Of a DNA stretch of 64,000 nucleotides, positions 1 to 13,330 are shown in pieces. The stretch's first letter is position 1, and every line of letters begins with the position of its first letter. A model generated the notes under the pieces. The model did no database searches. It saw only the letters and a program-made list of their open reading frames with translations, and was not told where the DNA came from. The stretch is from Octopus sinensis (Eukaryota). The DNA is taken from NCBI RefSeq assembly GCF_006345805.1, contig NC_043008.1, positions 32,054,001-32,118,000 on the forward strand, in the 5' to 3' direction. The translations under genes and the position numbers were made by a program.

Positions 1-14
1 ATGTATAAGTGACT

Positions 15-225
15 GAGATCACAACTCTCCTCTTCCCTGAGTGGGACACCAATCCATCACAGGTTTAACTCCTCAGCTATTGAAAAAAATGTTTAACTGA
101 GTGGACTGGGTCAGTGTGAAGTGAAGTATTTTGCTCCAGAACACAATCCATAACCTGCTCTTGGAATGGAAACCATGATCTTTATGATCATAAGTGCAGC
201 ATTATAACAACTGGGATACACACCA
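15..225 (-). mobile_element. tRNA-headed SINE, degenerate
   Basis: The reverse complement of the degenerate tRNA-like head is at about 150-225 (ggaatggaaaccatgatctttatgatcataag). The same motif family recurs on + at 9490, 10240 and 33745. Confidence 0.55.
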
Positions 226-624
226 TGAAATATAGTTTATCAAATGTAAAAAAAATATCTATTTAACATGTTGCATAATGTGAGGAATTTAGCATCTTCA
301 GTCAATTACATTATCTAGTCTAATATTTTGCTGGTACTTAGGTTTATAGATTTTTGTTTTTTGTAAGGAGTAAAAGACAAATTTGATATCGGCATAAAGT
401 GATATAATTTATGCAGAAAAGATATTTTTATTTGATGTACCAAGCCTACCATTAATGCTAATACATATACACACATATATGAATAAATACATTCAAGGAA
501 CCTCTGTATAGTTTTTATCTACTATATTTCTTGACTTGATGTTATGTGAAAAGATGCCTGAGGTACAGTGAGATTGAACTAAATAAATGCAGAGAGAATT
601 TCTTACCCACACAGCCATATGTGA

Positions 625-1050
625 ACCCTTGGATTAGTAGAATAATTAGACTGTCAGACAAAATGCTTTGCAGTATTTCTTTAGGTTCTTTACATTGTGA
701 GTTCAAATCCTGCCAAAGTCAGCTTTTCCTTTTCCCACTTTTTAGTATCGATAAAATAAAGTATCAGTCAAGTACAAAAGTCCATGGTATTAGCTAATCC
801 TCTTCCTTCAAAATTGCTGGCCTTGTGCCAAAAATAGAAACCAGTAATCTAGCAGAATTAACATGGCAGGCATTTCTTCTGACTTGACATTCTGAGTTCA
901 AATTCCACTGAGGTTGACTTTGCCTGTCATCCTTTCAGGGTTGATGAAATAAGCACCAGTTGAGTACTGGGGTCAGTGTAATTGATTAGACCCCACCCTG
1001 CAAATTTCAGGCTTGTGCCTATTGTAGAAAAACTTATCATTATTTGATTA
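625..1050 (+). mobile_element. two adjacent SINE copies
   Basis: B-box-like gttcaaatcc / gttcaaattcc is followed by the shared core ttgactttgcctgtcatcctttcaggg..gatgaaataagcaccag and the tail ggccttgtgcc..tagaaa. These motifs repeat many times in the window. Confidence 0.7.
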
Positions 1051-1444
1051 TTTACCATTCTATGCTAATGATTTATTAATTATTAATAGCTATATCAGTT
1101 AGGTTAGAGTAATAACATTCTTAGTCATAATTAGACATATATAATTTGTGTAGGTATAACCAGTGCATTGTTTTAGAAACTTGTTTGGGTTATATGTTTT
1201 GTACCTACTCCCATTTAACTCATTTACAGACACACCACATACACATACACTTTCTCTCTACCAATACAGAATCACTAAAATCACATGCTACTATTTTTTT
1301 TTTCTTAATAATAATAATAATGAAATTAATTGTATACAGTGCTCAGGTGCACCACAACTTGTCAGAAAGTGCATATAAATTACATGCAGTAATGTAGAAA
1401 TGTCTGGAAAGCGAACAATGAATGAGTCAGATACATGCTTGTGC

Positions 1445-2080
1445 GTGTATGGAGGGGAGAAAATCAAGTGTAGTGTTGGCGAATCTCAGGAAGCATGGAA
1501 GTTTTGAAGGATGCAGTGCTCCGACAACTAACAACCGATGCCGGCAGTTTGTTCCATGCTTCAGCAACTCTCAGCGTAAAAAAATGTTTCCTGAAGTCAT
1601 GGGAGCTGTGCTGTTTTCTTACTTTGTAAATATGTCCACGGGTGTTAGATGGGTGGAGTTTGAAGAGGTGCTCAGAGTTATTGTTTGTGCGATGGTTGAT
1701 AATTTTATGGGTGTCTGCCAAGTCAGCTGCCAGACGTCGGAGTTTCAATGTGTCCATGCCCAGGGAAGTAAGGCGTTCAGGATATGGCAAATGCCTGATG
1801 GAGGGTATTCTTTTGGTTGCACGTCGCTGAACAGCTTCCGGACGATTGATGTCCTGGGCAAGATAGGGGTTCCAGACCGGTGATGCAAATTCCAGGTGAG
1901 GTCTTACCATAGCTATATAAAGCCGCAGATAGATAGCCGGAGAGCGGCTCACAAAGGATTTGGTGAGTGATGCCAAGACACCCTCAGCCTTCTTGACAAT
2001 TTTAGCGATGTGTTTTGTCCAACGCAAATCACTGTCAACAATAACACCCAGGTCACGTTCACATGAAGACTTTTTGAGAC
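1445..2080 (-). mobile_element. CR1/L2-group LINE, 3' part of ORF2 (5'-truncated)
   Basis: ORF 1464-2144 encodes ERDLGV..RPHLEFASPVWNPY..EAVQRRATK..LKLRR..FFTLRVAEAWNKLP, the typical C-terminus of CR1-clade reverse transcriptase. Confidence 0.9.
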
Positions 2081-2427
2081 TAGTGTTGTGGAAAGGAAAC
2101 ATATACTGGATAATGTAGTTCTTAATCTCTTGTACATGAGGCAAAAAGAGAAAGTAGTTGCTTCAGGAACACAGTTGATTCTAAGTCTGCTGGATCACAG
2201 CTGACATACTATCAAACAACAACAAACAACATTTATAACTAACTGCAGAGTGCTAAAAGTGGAAGTCACTGACTTCGGAGTTTGCATGAACAAACCTCAT
2301 CCTACTCATACAAACCTGCTGAAGTGGACATTAAATGTTGATGATTATGATGATGATGATGATTAGGCCCCACCCCCCCAGCTTCCTTATATACACGATA
2401 ATGCTGCCACTCTATCACTTTGCTGCC

Positions 2428-2433
2428 TTGAGA

Positions 2434-2478
<45 letters not shown>

Positions 2479-2700
2479 CCTTTCTACTATTGGCACAAGG
2501 CCTGAAATTTTGGGGGAGGGGACTAGTCGATTACATCAATCCCAGTGTTTCATTGGTACTTAATTTATTGACCCCGCAAGGATGAAAGGTAGAATTCGAA
2601 CTTAGAATGTAGTGATGAGTGAAAAACCACTGAGCATTTTGTCTACTGTGCTACTGTGCCAGCTCACCACCCTAATAATAATAATAATAATAACAATAAG
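2428..2700 (-). mobile_element. SINE with (TAA)n tail
   Basis: A (TAA)n run at 2428-2478 is followed by the reverse complement of the SINE tail/core (ggcacaaggcc..ggtacttaatttattgacccc..gatgaaagg). Confidence 0.7.
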
Positions 2701-3106
2701 CAGAAAACAAGTATGATACTCAGTGTTTTATAGGGCATGCATGCATTTCATCAAAATACCAAAATAATCATGTAACAGTTGTAGAAACATTATGCAGTCA
2801 TGCAGTTCACCTCATCAGTGTCCTACCATAAATACAACAATTGATGTTAAAGCTCCAAATATATATTCAATCCAGCTACCCCCATGCTAATTATCAACAA
2901 TCTTGCTTGTCGCTCAAAATAGCAGAGGATAAACAAAGCATCATGTCAAGGATGTATGAATAATGCCAGGCTACTCTCAGATCCAAGTGCACAACCAGAG
3001 AGAAATACAAAATAGACTATTTTGTGTGTATTCTTCCAAGAAACAAGTTAACCTTTGTTCTATAAGCTCATAATAATCCTGAAAAAGTTCAAACAAATTT
3101 ATTTTA

Positions 3107-4293
3107 TTATGGGGTAGGACTGCCTTTGGTTGTAATTACAGCTTGACTTCTACGAGATATGAACTTGTTCAAAGTTTGAATTGTTTCCAAATGAATTTTT
3201 GTCCATTCTTCAGCTAAAACAGTCTCCAGTTCTTGTCTTAATGATGGTGGAGGATGTCGACTCCTTACTTGTTTTTCTATAATGCACAATAAATGTTCAA
3301 TAATATTGAGATCTGGGGACTGTGGTGGGCCAGATAAGATGTTCAACTTTACTAGAATGTTCCTTGTGCCATTCAGTAACAACTTTAGCTATGTGAATTG
3401 ATGCATTATCATCCTGAAAGATTGCATTTCCCTCTGGAAACAGTTCTGCAACCATAGGATGAATTTGATCAGATAAAATGCTTACATAGTTTTGACTATT
3501 AATTCTGCCATGAAGGGAAACCATTGGGCTGGCAGATTTCCAAGATATAGCCCCCCCCCCCCCGATCATCACAGATCCTCCTCCGTGTTTAACAGTTGGA
3601 AGAAGGCAGTCTGGGTCAAATGCGTCTTTTGGTTGTCCTCCACACGTACATTCGGCCGGTGGTCAGAAATAAGGTAAAGGATGACTCGTCTGAGAAAATA
3701 ACATTCTTCCACTGCTCTAGGGACCAATTCTGTAAGTTTTTACTCCACCCTAAATGCTTTGTTTTTGAAAGTAGTGGCTTTCTGATTGCAGCCCTCCCAT
3801 GAAATCTGGCTTTGTACACCTCCCGGCAAACAGTTTTTGTGGAAACTGGGTTCTTGAGGTGGTCATTAAGCTCTGCAGTAATTTTGGGAGCTGTACTTTT
3901 GTGATCCTTTCTAACAGTTCACATACGGTCCCTATCTGAAAGTTTTGGTTTCTTTCCAGAGTTTTGTTTTGACTAGGTTCTTCCCCCTTTCTCAAAGGCT
4001 GTCATTACTTTCGAGATAGTACTTCTTGATACACCAAACATTTTGGCTATTTTCGTTACGCTAACACCTGCCATACAAGCACCAACAATTTGACCTCTTT
4101 GAAAGTCTGATAGATCTGTCATTTTAATTACCTTTCTCTGATGATATCTGAAAAGAAACAGCAATTTTAGCAAAACATATCAAGCAACACTAATAATAAA
4201 TCAAAAGACATAAAAATAAACAAGCATTTGACAGATATTTCAAAATTATGATGCTATAATGCTAGGCGTTTCCGTTGTTTTGTCCAAACCCTG
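3107..4293 (-). mobile_element. Tc1-family transposon, frameshifted transposase (DD36E spacing), one TIR present
   Basis: Fragments: MTDLSDFQRGQIVG (paired-like HTH), VIFSDES, FQDDNA..H, WPPQSPDLNIIE. The 5' TIR TA-CAGGGTTTGGACAAAAC ends at 4293 with TA at 4294-4295. No matching TIR is seen after the stop codon. Confidence 0.9.
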
Positions 4294-4789
4294 TATGTGT
4301 GTGGGTGTGTGTATATATATATCATCATCATCATCATCATCATCATCATTTAACATCAGTTGTCGTGGTTGATTCTTTGGGACAAATCATGTGATTGTTT
4401 AAAAAGGGCTAGAATGACAATGCTAAAATGTATTTGAAACAATGGACAACAGTCAAAATATCAAAATGGATGGGTAAATAAGCATCCTTAAAGTGAAACA
4501 ACAGTATCAAAGGTAAACAAAGGTATAAACAGATATAGGAGAGGGAAGGGAATGTCACCTTTCAAGTAACTCAAAATAGGTAAATGTAAGCTTTCCATAG
4601 TTTAATGCAGTTTAAATATGAAGATTAAGATTGTTTGGTATTGGATATTTATTGCGTACAGTTTTCCTAGTCAATTTAATGACCATGGCAGGTGGACTGT
4701 GGAAATAAATAAATAGGCAAAATCTTTTTCTACAGATCCTTTCACTTCTATAAAAAGATTAAAAAAGTATGGAAGACCCTACATACAAA

Positions 4790-6135
4790 AAACTATGTCC
4801 ATTTAGGTCGTCTGTATTTGACACAATCCTGGTAATGTGCACTTGGAAAGAGGTATCATCACTCATGTTGATACCCAGATCCCTCACTGATTTAGGCTCT
4901 GGGATTGAAATTCCCTGTGGACCAGTGTACCCTGTAAGCTTCATATTCAGTTTTGGACGCTGGTAGTGCAGGGCTTGGAATTTTTCAGCATTAAACTGCA
5001 TATTATTATCCTCAGCCTGTCTGTAAACTGAGTCCAATTCCTGCTGCAGATGTGCAACATCACTGGGGTTCTGTATTTTCTGCGAAACCTTTGTATCGTC
5101 TGCATAGCTTGCAAGGGTGGCTATCTGGGCATATCTGAGAGGGCCACTATAAAAAGCAGTGATCCCATAAAAGACTATAAATAGACAGTGCCCTGTGGAA
5201 CACTGCTCACTATTTGTGTTTTTATAGAGGTGGCTCCATTAGCCACAACTGCCTGACTTCTATCTTTCAAAAAGTCATGTAACCACTCTCCAAGTTTTCC
5301 AGCTATGCCAAGATCATGCAGTTTGTGGCATATCATACCATGATCCACCTTGTCAAAAGCTTTTGCAAAATCAAGGTATATTATGTCCACATTTGAGTTG
5401 TTGAGTAGCTGCCTCAACACCCAGTCATAATGTTGTAAGAGCTGGGTCAGGCAGCTCCTACCTGGCTGAAAGCCATGCTGGATATCACTCAAGGAATGCG
5501 GTTAGTTTCTCTCTGACTATCCGTTCTATGACTTTGCTAATGTGTGAAGTCAGAGAGAGAGGCCTATAGTTTTTGGCATTTGCTCTGCTTCCCCCATTAT
5601 GGATTGGGCATATTATTCCCTCCTTCAGCTTGCTTGGCAGTCTGCCATTTGCAAGAAAGCTCTGGAAGAGAATCTGGAGGGGTTTTGCCAGGGCATTCTT
5701 ACATGATTTGAGGAGGATTGCTGGGAAACCATCAGGACCAGCAGTTGAGTTTGCGTCCCACTTCATCTATGGCTAGTAGTATATCTTCTCTGCTAATGAC
5801 GATGTATTCCATCGTAACTGCCTCGCTGGTTATAGGTGAGGCAGCAAGGAAAGTCCACTGGTTCGTTCGCTTGTCTGTGTTCCAACGGGGTGGTAAAGAC
5901 ACTTTTGAACTGGACATTCAGTACTTCACTGATCCTCGTTGGACTGTCTGTGAGGGAGCCATCCTTTTGGAAGAGGGGTCCTACCTTGCAGCGTACTGAG
6001 GCTGTTTCTTTCATGTAATGAAAGAAGGCCTTTGGGTTTGACTTAATGTTTTTTATAACCCAGGCTTCTTTGTCTGCTTTCTCCCTCGCATAGGATTGTT
6101 GCAGCCTTTTTTCAATCTCCATCAGTCTTGTCAAA
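4790..6135 (-). mobile_element. CR1-group LINE, RT domain fragments
   Basis: ORFs contain AGPDG, NYRPLSLTS, QHGFQPGRSC, YLDFAKAFDKVDH and VPQG; YADDT is at about 5095-5110 (reverse strand). Multiple frameshifts are present. Confidence 0.92.
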
Positions 6136-6715
6136 GTGTTTTGTAACTAAATTAAAATCTTCTATCAAAATTTTATGTAAGAAGCTCTTTGTTTAAGTAA
6201 TATTCCAAATATTTCATTAATGTAAAAGAAAAAGAAAAAAAGAACATTTTTAATTAATATAACCACATTTCATTAGATATGTGGTTACAAAAAAGGTTAA
6301 GTTAATGGTTGAAGCCCATTATTTCAGGCAGGTATGTAATTGCCTGTTTTCTCAGTAAACTTTTATAAACTGTTTCTATTCTCGTTAATTTCAGTCTGAA
6401 TTATCAAGCAGGTCAGGCAAATGTATTTAATTACAACAACTTGGGACATTTATTTTTTCCATTCATTCTCTCTGTTATACACGCTCTGGGTATTTTCCTT
6501 GATACTGTCAGACAGCAGCTAGAGTTTGCCAATGTAATGAGGTAGAATGTTGCACTGACTTTGTGCTTCTTGTTGCAGTCGTTGAAATGTCTGACACACA
6601 CACACACACGTATTGTTGTGTGTCAATTATGTGAAGTTAAATTTTCTGATTTACAGTTTAATTTCATCCCCTCAGATCAACTAACTCCCCCACCAGCCTG
6701 TATCATACATTTTCT

Positions 6716-6846
6716 CAACCAATCAATTGGCATGCCTGTTTGCATGGTAATGGCAGCCAACAGCAGCAGCTCTATGTTAGTCTTCTAGACTAATCAGCCT
6801 ATAGTGCCTGGCTTATATAACTGGATCTGTCTGGTTGTTCACAGTC
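6716..6846 (+). promoter_or_regulatory. possible TATA/Inr Pol II promoter
   Basis: CCAAT at 6719 and an inverted ATTGG shortly after it; TATATAA at 6814-6820; Inr-like CAGT with its A at 6843 (29 nt after the TATA start). The flanking sequence is non-repetitive. Confidence 0.3.
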
Positions 6847-7659
6847 TCACTGTTTCTGGTCATCATAGTCATGTTACAGCTGTTGTAGCAGTCGCTTACA
6901 CAGAAGATTAGACATGACATACAGGGTTTTGCAATCAGCTCAGATGCCTTTCTACAAACCTCAAGATATTCTATTCAGAACTGACCAGCCCAATGTTGAA
7001 ACCAGTTGTGTTTACCAGAGCTCACGTCAAGAACAGTCATCAACTTGCTGTCTACTATTTAACAAAAGTCACTACTTTTCACAGCTATAATTTCCTCAGT
7101 ACAGAACTCTTCAACAACTCTATAACAATTAATTTTCCATCTTAGATTCCACTGAGAGTCGGTGGTCATGGATATGTAAACCCATATGTTTATGTATACA
7201 CTGCAGATTCACGTGTGTATCTCATGCTTAACAGATATACATCATGCAAACTCATTGTATTCACACAAATATATTTTTTATATAGATTCACTTGTATAGT
7301 CCTATATGCACTATACACTTGTATTGTGCTGTATGCACTCACAAACACACATATTCTCTATTTGTAAGAGTAACTTGTATGCACGCGTGCACACACACAA
7401 ACATATACTTTTATACACAGAAATGGCTTTGTGGTTAACAAGTTTACTTTCACATCTATGTATTTTTAGGTTTCAGTCTCTCAGTGTGGCACCTTCTATA
7501 GCTGCATATTCACCAATGCTTTGTGAGTAAATTTCATTTGTGTTTATGTGTAGTTTTGTATGTGTGCATATTGTGGTCAACTCTGATACAACAGATCCAT
7601 CATTGAAAATGTTCCAGACAATCAAGAGAGCAGAATGAAGCAGGCATTAAGCGATGATG

Positions 7660-7930
7660 ATGATGATCATCATCATCATCGTCTTTTAATGTCTGCTTTC
7701 CATGCTAGCATGGGTTGGACGATTTGACTGAGGACTGGCGAACCAGATGGCTGCACCAGGCTCCAATCTTGATTTGGCAGAGTGTCTACAGTTGGATGCC
7801 CTTCCTAATACCAACAACTCAGAGTGTAGTGGGTGCTTTTACGTGCCACGGGCACGAGGGCCAATCAGGTGGTACTGGCAACGGTCACGGAAAATCGTGT
7901 GTTTTTTTTACGTGTCACCTGCACACAGGT
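7660..7930 (-). mobile_element. RTE LINE 3' tail (short 5'-truncated copy)
   Basis: (ATC)n followed by ctttccatgctagcatgggttggacg..cagttggatgcccttcctaa. It is homologous to the 3' end of the RTE copy at 54660-55055. Confidence 0.75.
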
Positions 7931-8399
7931 GCCAGTAGATAATATATACATGTAAACACGTGTGTGTTACTGTCTCCTTCACTTGACATAACGGGATAAT
8001 TGTGAAATGAGCATCACTTGTCATACAAGTGCTGTCCTTTGTTTCCAAACATGTCCTGTTATGAACAAAATATTACCTTACTTGGAGATTGTTGAGTGTT
8101 GGCATCAGAAAAGGTATCCAGCTGTAGAAAATCTTTCTCAACAAATTCCATCTGACCTATGCAAGCATAGAAAAGTGGACATGAAAACAATGATAATGAC
8201 AATGACATATTATATAGGAGTAACTGGGGAGAGAGAAACATATATTGCAAGGCGTGAAATTGAAATTTTTCATTGGTATAGGAAGACGAAATATCTTGGG
8301 TAATGTAATGGAATAGGCAAGACAAGAGGAGACACATGGGACAGAGAGTAGTTGAAGAGGTCACAGAATATGGCCTGGAATTTTGTGAGGAGGGAGACA

Positions 8400-8538
8400 A
8401 TTGATCACATCAATCCCAGTACTTCAGTGGTACTTAATATACCAACCTTGGTGGAATTTGGACTCAGAATGTAAAGAGAGGAAATGCCACAAAGCACTCT
8501 GTCTGGTGTACTAACAATTCTGCCAGCTCAGCACCTTA

Positions 8539-8582
<44 letters not shown>

Positions 8583-10520
8583 TAATGTGAGGATCAAATG
8601 ATGTATTTTATTGGCAAAATATGACCATCCTCAAGTATAACAATATCTGTTTCGACACATGTTTTCATGTCAAGAATCTTGACATGATTAAACGTAATAA
8701 TATCTAATCATTATAGAAATAAGGATTGAAACAATGCTGCAAGTATTGTAGAAAAGTAGGTGTAATCATTGCAAATTGTAAGTGAGCCATCCTGAATGGC
8801 CTTTAATACCAGAAAGGAATGTGGTTTCTGGATGGAAATGATGTCATTCACCTTCGGCATAAGATGCAGCTTTCATCATTTAGTCTCAGCTCAGTTTTAT
8901 TTCTGCATGCCCACTTTACAACAAAAAACACATTCTAATCCTTATACACACACACACACATGCAGACACACAAACACACATGCACGCGCGCGCGCACACA
9001 CACACATGCAGACACACAAACACACACGCGCGCGCGCACACACACACACACACACAAGTATAAAGTCTGATACTTATTCTATCAGTCACTTTCTGCTGGA
9101 CCACTAAATTATGCCGATATAAAGAAACCAATACCAGTTGTCAAGTGGTGATGGCAACAAAACACAAATCTCTCTCTCTCTGTCTCACTCACACATACAC
9201 ACACATGCACACTCTATCTCTCTCACACACACACAAACACCACAAGCTTTCACAGTTTCCATCTATTAAATTTGCTTGTAAGATATTGGTAGGCTTGAGG
9301 CTGTAGTAGAAGACACTTGCCAAGGTGCTGTGCAATGGGACTAACCTGAAGCCATGTGGCTTTGGAAAATGACTTCAGACATTTAAGATCACAAAAAAAA
9401 ATGTAAAATTCATTTTTGTTCATAGATTTTAAATGTACTCGCTTCTGTGAAGTATAAAATATTTTCTTTGTACTTCTATGACCTTGTGAAGGCACATAGA
9501 GTATCAGGCTCACAATCATGAGGTAGTGAGTTCGATTCCTGGACCAGGCTATGTGTTGTGTTCTTGAGCAAGACACTTTATTTCATGTTACTCCAGTTCA
9601 CTCAGCTGTAGAAATGAGTTGCGATGTCACTGGTGTATCGGCCTTTGTCTTTCCCTTGGATAACATCGGTGGCATGGAGAGAGGAGACCGGTATGCATGG
9701 GCAACTGCTGGTCTTCCATAAACAACCTTGCCCAGACTTGTGCTTCAGGTAATTTTCTAGGTGCAATCCCATGGTCATTCATGACCAAAGGAGGTCTTTA
9801 CTCTTTACTTCTATGACCTGTTCACTGATAGTATCCCACTGCAATTTTCTTACTTGATTTAACATTTAGTCAAGTCTTGCAGGGGAGTAGGAGGTGTGTG
9901 GTTTGTACCACAACCAGCTGTAAAACAATGCATAGAAAAAAAAAATATCTAACTTTCAATCCACTGAAAGAATACTTGAGCATAGGGAGGCTCACTCTAC
10001 CTCCCTAGAAAAATCCTGCAACAAAACAATACTGGAAATGGATAAAAATAATCATTACTGGCAGTGTGAAGAAGCTTGCTTCCCAACCACATGGTTGTGG
10101 CTTCAGTCTCCTTGCATGGCACCTTGGGTGAGTGTCTTCTACTATATCCTCGGGCTAATCAAAGCCTTGCAAATGGATTTGGTTGACAGAAACTGAAAGA
10201 AGCCTATCGTTTGTGTGTGTGTGTGTGTGCATATATATATAGTGAAGGTATGAGGCTTAGTGGTTAGGGCATTCGGTTCACAATCGTAAGGTTATGAGTT
10301 CAGTTCCTAGTGACATGTCGTGTCCTTGAGCAAGACACTTTATTTCATGTTGCTCCAGTCCTCTAAGCTGTCAAAAATGAGTACCTGTATTTCAAAGGGC
10401 TAGCCTTGTCACACTCTGTGTCATGCTGAATCTTCCTGAGAATTATGTTAAGGGTACACATGCATGTTAATTTCATGAGCAAGCTGTTCCATTGATTGTA
10501 TCAGCTGGGACCCTTGTCAT

Positions 10521-10577
<57 letters not shown>

Positions 10578-11230
10578 CTGTGTCTGTCTTTGTGTCTCTG
10601 TTTGTCCCCTACCACTGCTTGACAACTGGTGTTGGGTGTTTGTCTCTGTAACTTAATGGTTTGGCAAAATAAACTGATAGGCTTAAAAAATAAGTATTGG
10701 GGCCCGGTAAAAGAGGCCGATAAAATAAGCACCTAGCTTTAAAAGTTATAAGAAGTGGGGTCGATTCATTCAACTAAAATACTTCAAAGACCTCAGTCTA
10801 ATGGCTGAAGTATGCAGTAGATATTTATCTATATTGGTTGTTCAGTGAGTGCAGGTATGGCTGTGTGGTTAAGAAGTTTGGTTTGCAACCATGTGTCTTC
10901 CAGTCTAACCATATTTATTTACAAGGCATTTGTTGGGCCTGTGTCTTTTACTATTGCCCTGGGCCAACCAGTGCCTTGTGAGTGAATTTGGTAAGTGGAA
11001 ACTTTTTGGAAGCCTATCGCTTTTGTGTGTGTGTGTGCACCTGTGTGTCTTTGTGTTTGTTCCTCTGCTTCACAACCATTGTTGATTTCTTGATGTCCCT
11101 GTAAACAGATTCTTGTGGTTTGTCAAAAGTGACTGACAGAGTAAGTACCAGGTTTAAAACTAACCCCTGAGCTCGATTTGTTCAGCTAAACCCTTCAAAG
11201 CAGTGCTCCAGTATGGCCTGCTTTTCAGTG
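8400..11230. mobile_element. cluster of about 7 SINE copies in both orientations with microsatellites
   Basis: Repeated heads (gtggttaag..ggttcagtc..ggcaccttgggc; gttcgattcctgg..gagcaagacacttta) and tails (taagtaccagg..ggtcgattcatt). (TAA)n at 8540-8580 and (TA)n at 10530-10572. Confidence 0.7.
8946..9057. repeat. compound (CA)n/(CG)n microsatellite, tandemly duplicated unit
   Basis: There are two copies of cacacacatgcagacacacaaacacac..gcgcgcgcgcacac, almost entirely alternating purine-pyrimidine. Confidence 0.85.
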
Positions 11231-13019
11231 AGTGAAATAATTTAAAAAATAACGATAAAAAATTATTTATGTATATTGGTTATTTATATATCTTTACATT
11301 TGCAATCTGCTTTGCTGTCTTCTGATGTGTGTTAGCTTGGTTAAATTCTCTCAATAGTATTGTTCCGAGAAATTGAGATATATACCATCAGATATATGTC
11401 TGCTGCTGCTCACCACCACCACCTTCTTCTAGTTCCTTCTCTTGTGAGCTTACCTTGATTTTTTCCTGCTCCTCTTCCTTCTATTTACATACATAGAGCC
11501 CCCAGGTCTTCTTACTGCTAAGTACTTCTTGCTAATTCTTCTTGTTAGCACTCTTTCTCTTCCTCCCCTTTACATTCTTTTTTCCTCTCCACCTCTTTCC
11601 TCTCTTTCTGGTTGACCTCTCTTGGCAAATTTTCTCCAAATATCTATTAAGTTTTACTCTTTCTGTGTTTTTTTTTTTATTTTGTTGTTTTTATAATATA
11701 TTTCTTACTGTCCTCTTATCTTTAGATTGACATAAAATCCTCGAAATTCAATACTACAATAAAGGTAGAAGATATAAGCACCATAAGTTTTTGATCAATA
11801 AATAGTGCAATATACACAGATCAAAATCTGACCAAACAATCAGCATCTGCTTTCTTCATTAAAGACTGCCTCTGCTCCTCTGAATTAGATAGTTGTATAC
11901 AACATACAATCCTCACCCACTCAGACTACCTCTATTCCATTTGTCTCTGTTCTTTCCTTCACACTGCCTCCTCATCTCTCCTCATCACTCTTTGTATATT
12001 ACCTCCTGCCATCATACTGTTGCACCTTCTCTCACTCACACTGCATCTCACCTCTTCCATCATTTGGTTTGTTTCACCTTCTCCCATTACTTGTACTACA
12101 TTTCACCTCTTCCCATTATTCACATTTCTCACTTCATCCCCTCATTCACCTTGAGTCTCACCCCTTTCCTTAGTGTCTCACTTCTTCCCATCAACCACAT
12201 TGTCATTCTTCATCCCATCACCACACTAAGGTTTGACCCTTCCCATAGTCCTATCTTCTTTCATTAGTACTGTATGTCCCAGAGTACCCCATTAAACACT
12301 TAAGTCAAGTCCTTTCCGACTCTAGAATCATAAACATCTGAAATTTCCTTACTTAATCAGTTGGTTAATCAATCGATCAGTTCTCTGTCAAAGTCCTCTT
12401 GACTCCTGCCTTCACTGCTCTGGGTCTGCTTCAAATCTGTCTCTTATAAAACAGACAAATTTGAAGCAGACCTGGAGGAGAAAGAGCACATCATTGATGA
12501 AGTCCTGAATATATATAATCATCTCTCTTTGCTTTAGTTTGCTTTGAGGGATAGCATTACTGAGCAGATTATTATCACTTTGATTTTTACAATAACCCTA
12601 AGTTACTCTGTACAAGATGTAACTCTTTTCACTCCAGTTTCCTTGTCTAACATACAACAGTTGTGTATGTAGAAAAGAGAAGGGCATCTTTAGTTTGTAT
12701 TAATTAATTGCCATCTGCCTCCCCACCAAAAATACCCACTCTCTTCCAACATAAAAACACCTCCAGAGTAAAAACTTCAAATTGGGTCAATAGCTTTTTT
12801 TTTTATTGTTGTTGTGTAGTCAATGCGGAAGGGTAGTACTGAAGTCTTTTAGAGTTTTGCCAAAACTGGTGAGTTTTATGTAACTGAAGTCTAGCCTAAA
12901 CATCTGCAGGAACCAGATAAATTGGTCTGAAGAATTTTATCAGTTTAAACTCCCTTAAAGGTATCCAATAACTTGGCAAAGATTTTCAAGTAGTCGGTCA
13001 CTTTATAAACAATTTGTAA

Positions 13020-13330
13020 ATATGCATATAGATGCAGGTGTGGATGAGTGGTAAGAAGCTTACTCTCAACCACATGGTTCTGGGTTCAGTCCCACCATGT
13101 GGCACCTTGGGCAAGTATCTTCTACTATGACCTCGGGCCAACCAAAGCCTTGTGAGTGGATTTGGTTGACAAAAACTGATAGAAGCTTGTTGTGTATATG
13201 TGTGTGTGTGTGTTTGTACCCCTTCCACCATTTGACAACCAGTGTTGGTGTGTTTATGTCCTCATAACTTAGCAGTTCAGCTAAAGAGGCTAATAGAATA
13301 AGTACCAGGCTTTAAAAAAAAGTACTGAGG
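13020..13330 (+). mobile_element. tRNA-headed SINE, near full length
   Basis: Head gagtggtaagaagc..ggttctgggttcagtccc, body ggcaccttgggcaagtatcttc..ggatttggttgac, and tail gaataagtaccaggctttaaaaaaa. Confidence 0.75.

Noticed and set aside
1445-6135. The two CR1-like fragments as one element split by the Tc1
   Set aside because: They overlap in the homologous RDLG..HI..IV region and differ in sequence and CpG content, so separate insertions are more likely.
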